Under the pieces are notes generated by a model. That model saw nothing but the letters and a program-made list of their open reading frames with translations, made no database searches and had not been told where the DNA came from. 14,021 nucleotides of DNA from Fidelibacterota bacterium (GTDB taxonomy: Bacteria; Fidelibacterota; Marinisomatia; Marinisomatales; S15-B10). The DNA lies in NCBI GenBank assembly GCA_002729175.1, contig PBTS01000026.1, positions 49,263-63,283 on the forward strand, read 5' to 3'. Each line of letters begins with the position of its first letter. Within the stretch, counting starts at the first letter, position 1. A program made the position numbers and the translations under genes. This document shows, in pieces, positions 8,461 through 14,021 of this stretch.

Positions 8461-9300
8461 ATGAAAATATATTTTCTTGCTTCTGAAATTACACCTTTTT
8501 CTCAGACATCCTTCCTTGCAACTTTTTGTAAAAACGTTCCAATCAAACTTCAACAATACGGTCACGACATCAGGCTCACTTCCCCGAAGTACGGGTATAT
8601 CAGTGAACGCAAATATACTCTTCGAGAGGTAATTCGGCTCAGAGAGATCGAATCAGAGATTGGTGGTGTGACCGAAGTTGCTTCCGCAAAATCAGCTTTT
8701 ATTCCAAAGACAAGAGTCCAAGTTTACTTTATGGAACATGCTGACTGGTTTCAACCATTAACAACACTTCTCTATAAATCGAAGAACGGCCGAGCGCTTT
8801 CAGATAATGATGATCGGTTCGGTTTCTACAGCAAAATAGCGCTCGAAATGCTGGTGAATCTTTTTTGGTCGCCTGACATCATAATCTGTAATGATTGGCA
8901 ATCGTCTTTTGTCCCGATCCTTTACAAACAGCTTTTTGCCAATCAGGAATTCTATAAGAATATCAAGACGGTTCAGCTTATTCACACCATTAATGAGTAT
9001 ACCAAAGTGTCAAAATCATCCTTCGAAAAACTGGGTGTGGAATTGCCAAAAGAGTTTGCAGGAGATTCACTCAATTGTCTTTCGGTCGCTGCTACAAACG
9101 CAGATCTGGTCATTGCTGTAGACGGTCCTAATTCCAAGATTTCGAAGGAACTTTCGAGCCATGCAGACTTTAAACCCCATATTGCTGGCATAAAGAAGAA
9201 ACTCAAAACAATAAATCTAAAGAACGAAGATGAAGCTTCAGTTGAATCAACCGCTGACGGTATTAATAAGATTCTTCAAGAGGCTTTTGGCTCCGCATAA
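8461..9300 (+). CDS. Short glycogen/starch synthase-like protein (Glyco_transf_5 N-terminal domain only, degenerate KTGGL motif)
   Basis: MKIYFLASEITPF, GHDIRLTSPKYG, DNDDRFGFYS, PDIIICNDWQS and LIHT match the GlgA N-terminal domain. It is only 279 aa with a clean stop, and GGAGA lies upstream of the start. Confidence 0.8.
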   Translation: MKIYFLASEITPFSQTSFLATFCKNVPIKLQQYGHDIRLTSPKYGYISERKYTLREVIRLREIESEIGGVTEVASAKSAFIPKTRVQVYFMEHADWFQPLTTLLYKSKNGRALSDNDDRFGFYSKIALEMLVNLFWSPDIIICNDWQSSFVPILYKQLFANQEFYKNIKTVQLIHTINEYTKVSKSSFEKLGVELPKEFAGDSLNCLSVAATNADLVIAVDGPNSKISKELSSHADFKPHIAGIKKKLKTINLKNEDEASVESTADGINKILQEAFGSA

Positions 9301-9339
9301 GTTTTTCAATTTAATTTTCATCACCTCTAAGACCAGCGA

Positions 9340-10575
9340 ATGAATCATTTCGGCTCAAGATTTTTCTGCACCATTGTTTCATTATTCCTCATTTCCTGTG
9401 AGAATGAAGCCTTTCTCATAAATCTGGATGATGCTCCGCTGCAGTCTCAGGTAGCTTCAACGACCTCTTTTCAGTTTAAGACATACCAGGTGCCGCCAAC
9501 CCTTGGAGGACTACACAGCATCTATGCGGGACGTAACGAACAATTTGATGCCTCCCGGACACTTTTGGAATTTGAGTCTCACACCATTTTGAACTGGGCA
9601 AACTTCGAAATAGATAGTGGCTATTTCCAGTTGACACTGGACAGCACCTTCTCCGGCAATATTCCGGAAATAAGTACAATCACTATGGGTTATTTCAGGC
9701 GTGATTCCAATTATGTGGAACTGGGATCTAACTACACCAATGTTGACTGGATTTCTGACGATTACCCAAGGCTTTCCTCCAAATTTTCCAGTGACACCAC
9801 AGGACTGATGCACCTTCGGTTCCCCATCGATTCCGCATTGGTCAAAACGCTGGGAGATACGGCAGAAGGGAGTTGGCTCTATTTACTAGAGTTACCTGAA
9901 GAATCTGATTTCATCCTGAAATTTTATTCCTCTGACAGTCCGATCCACGGCCCAATTCTGAGAACATTCATGCATAAAGCAACAGATGACTCAGATACCT
10001 CAGCAACAGTTGTTGACTCGACCCGTGTTTTCAATGGTCAGTCGGATGTAACACTTTTTATTCCACCCAATCTGGAGAACAGTCTTTTTGATTCAAACTA
10101 CAGTTACATTGGCGTTGCTGCGGGTTTGGTGACTGTTGTGAAGGCCGATTTGACTTCCATGAATATTCCTAAGAAGGCATCCGTGGGGCGAGCCAAGCTG
10201 ATACTCACCATGGATGAGGCTCACAGCTCAGCCGGGGCGCTCGATTCACTGTTTATCCAAGCTTACGCGATGGAAGACACTATCACCAACTGGAGTTGGG
10301 GGGAAGAGCTGAATGAAGATATTTACGATCATCACACTGCCTCCATTGCCAAGTCTTCTTCAGCTGCACCAATTGGATCAATATTAAAACTTGATGTGAC
10401 CGATTTGCTTCAGTCTCTTATCAGTGAGAGAGAGGTCGAGGATAAAACTATTGTAAATCTAGGTTTCAAGCTGAAGATGATCAATTCAGGATCGATTTTC
10501 GATTATGCGGCCATACGTTCAGACAGTTCAGCACTGGGGCAACCGTTGCTTGAGATTTATTATGAAATTCCGTAG
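9340..10575 (+). CDS. Lipoprotein of 411 aa, possibly DUF4270/BamH-like
   Basis: Lipoprotein signal with lipobox LISC (Cys20). The mature part is acidic and beta-rich with several DS/DT motifs. The family guess rests on its position after a short GlgA-like gene and on general composition, not on a search. Confidence 0.55.
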   Translation: MNHFGSRFFCTIVSLFLISCENEAFLINLDDAPLQSQVASTTSFQFKTYQVPPTLGGLHSIYAGRNEQFDASRTLLEFESHTILNWANFEIDSGYFQLTLDSTFSGNIPEISTITMGYFRRDSNYVELGSNYTNVDWISDDYPRLSSKFSSDTTGLMHLRFPIDSALVKTLGDTAEGSWLYLLELPEESDFILKFYSSDSPIHGPILRTFMHKATDDSDTSATVVDSTRVFNGQSDVTLFIPPNLENSLFDSNYSYIGVAAGLVTVVKADLTSMNIPKKASVGRAKLILTMDEAHSSAGALDSLFIQAYAMEDTITNWSWGEELNEDIYDHHTASIAKSSSAAPIGSILKLDVTDLLQSLISEREVEDKTIVNLGFKLKMINSGSIFDYAAIRSDSSALGQPLLEIYYEIP

Positions 10576-11755
10576 TCTTTTCTTTCTACTGTTTTCCGTT
10601 TCTCTGACGGCTCAAACGCCCTACAATGCTATAGGTCACGGGATTATTCTAGACAGCCCGGATGCGGCCAGTCTTGCTTTTTCCAGTACCGGACTAATCC
10701 CTTCTTTCAACAGCCGTTTTTCATCGTCCAATCCGACAACATGGACCGATCTCGTCTTTACTTACCTCACAGGCCATTACAATGCAGAAGAAGTGAACAC
10801 CGGTAGTTTCCGCTCCGGATTAGGTACTCTATCAACTGCTGCTTTCATTGTTCCCATAAATGGAAAATATGCTTTTGGAATGGGGATGACACCGATATCT
10901 CGTAAATCCTTTGATTTGATGGGGGATACCACTTCAGTAGTCTTTTCCGGGGATACGCTTACCCTTTCAAAAACAATGGACGGTTCGGGTGGTATCAGCA
11001 CAATGTTTGCAGGCGGTGCGTGGAACGTTTCACCAAAACATACCGTCGGGATTAGATTCGATTTTCTCTTTGGTGTTTACGATGAACATACTGTCAGCCA
11101 CATAGACTATCGATCATCCGAATATGCCAGGAGATTTGCCTACAAAGGAACCTTTCTGTCGGGCTATTACCGTTTTGTGCCGACACCTGAAAAGCGGCGT
11201 TTGTCGGCGTTTGCAGGTTTTCAATTACCCTTTGGTAGTCAATATATCGCAAGAACTGATTTTTTCACATATGTTGAATCAGATCTCCAACCCAGAATGG
11301 ATTTTGTTTTACCCACTACTTTGAGCGGTGGATTGATATACAGCCTTTCGTCATCAATTCATGCCGGTGCTGAGCTGGTCATCAGATCTTTTGGCTCCTC
11401 TGAGGCAGACAATTTGAATACGCTCGATGGTGAAATGGGTAGAGCTAATAGAATCAGCATTGGACTGACACGTGAAAAGATCTTTGGTTCCAGAGATATT
11501 ATGAACATGTTTCACTACCGGGTTGGATTTTTCCGAAGATCACACTACATTCGCGAGCTTGGAAATGACCTGACTGAGATGGGGTTATCCTTTGGTATTG
11601 GTGTTCCTTTCGGATTGACTCAAAATCAACTGGATTTCGGTTTCAGGATTTCGGGGAGAAGTGGATTCCTTTCCGATAGTCCTGAAACGATAAATCAGTT
11701 TTCTGTTGGGCTAACTCTTGGTGACCTGTGGTTGGTAAAAGGTAAGAGGAGATAA
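10562..11755 (+). CDS. Outer-membrane beta-barrel protein, FadL/OmpP1-like, possibly BamG-like
   Basis: The better start is ATG 10562 (MKFRSLFFLLFSVSLTA-QTPYNAIGHG, a signal peptide) rather than 10505. It has a FadL-type NPxxW motif (SNPTTW), alternating amphipathic strands (FGMGMTP, VGIRFDFLFG, YRVGFF, LSFGIGVP, FSVGLTL) and a basic tail WLVKGKRR. Confidence 0.7.
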   Translation: MKFRSLFFLLFSVSLTAQTPYNAIGHGIILDSPDAASLAFSSTGLIPSFNSRFSSSNPTTWTDLVFTYLTGHYNAEEVNTGSFRSGLGTLSTAAFIVPINGKYAFGMGMTPISRKSFDLMGDTTSVVFSGDTLTLSKTMDGSGGISTMFAGGAWNVSPKHTVGIRFDFLFGVYDEHTVSHIDYRSSEYARRFAYKGTFLSGYYRFVPTPEKRRLSAFAGFQLPFGSQYIARTDFFTYVESDLQPRMDFVLPTTLSGGLIYSLSSSIHAGAELVIRSFGSSEADNLNTLDGEMGRANRISIGLTREKIFGSRDIMNMFHYRVGFFRRSHYIRELGNDLTEMGLSFGIGVPFGLTQNQLDFGFRISGRSGFLSDSPETINQFSVGLTLGDLWLVKGKRR

Positions 11756-11756
11756 C

Positions 11757-13049
11757 ATGGTTCTTTATTCCGCGAGAGAAATTCTTTCATTAAAGACCTT
11801 GCAAATTGTCACCTTAGTGGCACTTATTTTTTCAGCGTGCGCGCCCCCAGACTCTATGGAAGAGGAAATGGTGGAACCCGAACCAGTGAGTCAAGAGCAG
11901 TGTTTACGACTTCTAAGCAGTGCGGCCGAATACTATAAGAATAAAGACTGGAGCTCAACTTCGCGAGTTTATGGTGAGCTTGTTGACTTGGGATGTGATA
12001 AGGGCAATGAGGAGGAAGTTTTTCAGTACTGGGCCATTGCTTATGAATTCCTCGGCAGGTTTGACAGTTCAGAATATGTACTTCTTCAAGGTTTAAAGCG
12101 ACTTCCTGATAATGTCAATTTGCGAAAAAGGCTTGCCTATGCTTATAAGAGACTGGGCAATCCAGAAAAAGAAATTTTCGAGTTTGAGAAACTAATTGAA
12201 TTAACACCTGAGGATCTGGAACCATTGAATCGTCTTAATGAGTTGTATGTCGAAGTTGGCCGCTACGATGACCAAGTGTTTGTGCTTCAGCGGATGCTGA
12301 AGATTGATCCTAACAATAAGAATGCTCAAGGTGACCTTGCTCAAGCTTTTGAAGCCACCGGCAAAGATCCTCTGGATATTTATCGACGGAGGTTCGAGGA
12401 TAATCCGACCAACTATTCTTTCGGGATAGATCTTGCTGATCAACTTATGATGACTGGAGAAGAAGAGGAAGCCGTGGAGATATTGAACAAACTCCGCCGA
12501 AGTAGTGGGGGCAGTGGATCGGTGACCAACAAACTCGTTTTGCAGAAACTGGCCATAGCATATTCTGAGATTGATAATCTTGAATCTGCTTCAAGTGTTT
12601 ATGAAGAACTTTACAATCTTGACCGCAGGGATTTCAAAACAGCTTTGGAGGTTGTGAAGGTAAACAACGCTCTTGGAGATTTTGGCAAGGCTATGAAATG
12701 GGCCGAAGAAGCCATTAAAATTGCACCTGACAATGGCGAAACAATCGGTGCCAAGGGGAATGTCTACTACGCCGCATTTCAAGACTGTCGCGAAAACTTT
12801 CCTACCACTGATGACAAGTTGGTGGCGGCATTCGCATACAACTACTTTAAAATGGCTGAAGATAAAGGTCAAAACAGGTATAAGCGTGATCGCATATATC
12901 TTGAAAATAACCGTGACGACCTTGTTTTTGGTAAAGCTGACTGGTTTATGCTTGATGAAGATATTAAGCGTAAGGGTTCCATCTCCCCAAAAAGTGAATG
13001 CTATGCATGGGTCTCAGAATCGATAAAGAAAGACCCAAGCTGGAACTAA
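11757..13049 (+). CDS. TPR-repeat lipoprotein
   Basis: GAGGAG Shine-Dalgarno sequence, hydrophobic signal with lipobox FSAC (Cys28), and multiple TPR-like repeats (LKRLPDNVNLRKRLAYAY, LIELTPED, MLKIDPNN, AIKIAPDNGE). Confidence 0.8.
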   Translation: MVLYSAREILSLKTLQIVTLVALIFSACAPPDSMEEEMVEPEPVSQEQCLRLLSSAAEYYKNKDWSSTSRVYGELVDLGCDKGNEEEVFQYWAIAYEFLGRFDSSEYVLLQGLKRLPDNVNLRKRLAYAYKRLGNPEKEIFEFEKLIELTPEDLEPLNRLNELYVEVGRYDDQVFVLQRMLKIDPNNKNAQGDLAQAFEATGKDPLDIYRRRFEDNPTNYSFGIDLADQLMMTGEEEEAVEILNKLRRSSGGSGSVTNKLVLQKLAIAYSEIDNLESASSVYEELYNLDRRDFKTALEVVKVNNALGDFGKAMKWAEEAIKIAPDNGETIGAKGNVYYAAFQDCRENFPTTDDKLVAAFAYNYFKMAEDKGQNRYKRDRIYLENNRDDLVFGKADWFMLDEDIKRKGSISPKSECYAWVSESIKKDPSWN

Positions 13050-13080
13050 TCAGTAAGACCACAGATTTTAATTAACTTTT

Positions 13081-13106
13081 GATGCCGGACATGTTCCGGC
13101 ATCTTT
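13081..13106 (+). terminator. Putative intrinsic terminator hairpin
   Basis: Perfect 9-bp stem GATGCCGGA/TCCGGCATC with a 5-nt loop (CATGT), followed by a short TTT run, 31 nt after the TPR gene stop. Confidence 0.65.
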
Positions 13107-13173
13107 GCATTGTGCTGGTGAAGACGCGTGATCCCCGTTAAATTTATAAGTTACTTATCCGCGCTATTCGCCA

Positions 13174-14021
13174 ATGACGATTAAACCAGTTGCATCCACA
13201 GGTCTTCGCGATTGTGATTCTGAAGTCTTTTCCGCCATCCGGGGTGAAGTCTTACGGGAAAACGAAACTCTTGAATTAATCGCTTCAGAGAATTTCGTCA
13301 GTCAGGCGGTCCTCGAAGCCGCCGGTGGCATAATGACCAACAAATATGCTGAAGGTTATCCCGGCAAGCGTTATTACGGGGGATGCGAATGGGTGGACGA
13401 AGCTGAGAACATTGCCCGCGACCGCGCAAAAAAACTCTTTAATGCTGATTATGCCAATGTTCAGCCTCACTCAGGTTCTCAGGCGAACATGGCTGTTTTT
13501 TTCACATTTCTTCAGCCTGGGGACACCATCATGGGTCTTGATCTGGCCCACGGAGGACATCTGACTCATGGCAGCCCCGTTAACTTTTCTGGCAAGTTGT
13601 TCAATGTTATTTCATACCAGGTGGAGAAGGATACGGGACGTGTAAATTTTGACAAAGTTATCGAACAGGCACGGCAGGCCAAGCCGAAGCTTATCATCTG
13701 TGGTGGAAGTGCTTACCCGAGGTTCATTGAGTTTGAAAGTTTCAGGACTGTCGCTGATGAAGTGGGTGCATTTCTCATGGCTGATATTGCTCACCCTTCC
13801 GGTTTAGTGGCGACTGGTGTTCATCCAAGTCCGTGGCCGTACTGCCATGTGGTGACTTCCACCACCCACAAGACACTGCGCGGACCTCGAGGTGGCCTCA
13901 TTCTTATGGGGAGCGATTGGGAGAATCCATGGGGAATTGTTGCGCCGAAGTCAGGCCGTACAAAGAACGTGTCTGAACTATTGGATTCCAATGTTATGCC
14001 GGGTATTCAGGGTGGCCCACT
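13174..14021 (+). CDS. glyA: Serine hydroxymethyltransferase (5' part; runs off the window)
   Basis: Manual translation from ATG 13174 gives [50 protein letters not shown], the PLP-lysine motif [12 protein letters not shown], and PGIQGGP. It is absent from the ORF track, probably because there is no stop in the window. Confidence 0.97.
   Translation, partial: MTIKPVASTGLRDCDSEVFSAIRGEVLRENETLELIASENFVSQAVLEAAGGIMTNKYAEGYPGKRYYGGCEWVDEAENIARDRAKKLFNADYANVQPHSGSQANMAVFFTFLQPGDTIMGLDLAHGGHLTHGSPVNFSGKLFNVISYQVEKDTGRVNFDKVIEQARQAKPKLIICGGSAYPRFIEFESFRTVADEVGAFLMADIAHPSGLVATGVHPSPWPYCHVVTSTTHKTLRGPRGGLILMGSDWENPWGIVAPKSGRTKNVSELLDSNVMPGIQGGP

Noticed and set aside
10505..10561. Track start 10505 for the barrel gene
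   Set aside because: It would overlap the upstream lipoprotein gene by 71 nt. ATG 10562 gives a canonical signal peptide.
13050..13173. Possible ZTP (pfl), glycine or THF riboswitch upstream of glyA
   Set aside because: The region is short and I could not find the conserved aptamer motifs. The only clear structure is a terminator-like hairpin near the upstream gene's stop. An Rfam cmscan would settle it.
2155..13794. Remaining short overlapping ORFs in the track (e.g. 2155..2496, 2450..2860, 5080..5382, 9511..9813, 12591..12872, 13346..13564)
   Set aside because: All lie antisense or out of frame within well-supported genes and show no motifs.
1..14021. CRISPR arrays, IS elements/integrases, tRNA/rRNA genes, long repeats
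   Set aside because: None seen. The window is almost fully coding and every intergenic gap is under 200 nt.

Overview
Bacterial chromosomal window, probably from an FCB-superphylum organism: GlyA carries the FCB-type insert, and a Marinimicrobia-like lineage is a guess. Left to right it holds a minus-strand monofunctional P5C dehydrogenase (pruA, running off the left edge and absent from the ORF track) and a minus-strand ArsC-family gene. Divergent from these are an mreB-mreC-mreD-mrdA-rodA elongasome operon and a co-directional envelope cluster: a CpoB/YbgF-like TPR protein, a truncated glycogen-synthase-like protein with a degenerate motif, a lipoprotein, a FadL-like outer-membrane barrel and a TPR lipoprotein. 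A terminator-like hairpin and the 5' part of glyA close the window. The best-supported hidden feature is the ArsC-family gene. It starts at 1992, not 1938, and has an in-frame TGA exactly at the catalytic Cys12 position (HNPR-U-RKSR), followed by a SECIS-like hairpin, so it is very likely a selenoprotein. The second notable feature, inferred from remembered family resemblance, is the cluster at 8461-13049. It resembles Bacteroidota BamH/BamG-type outer-membrane biogenesis genes gathered in one operon with a GlgA-like pseudoenzyme. No mobile element, CRISPR array, tRNA or rRNA was seen.
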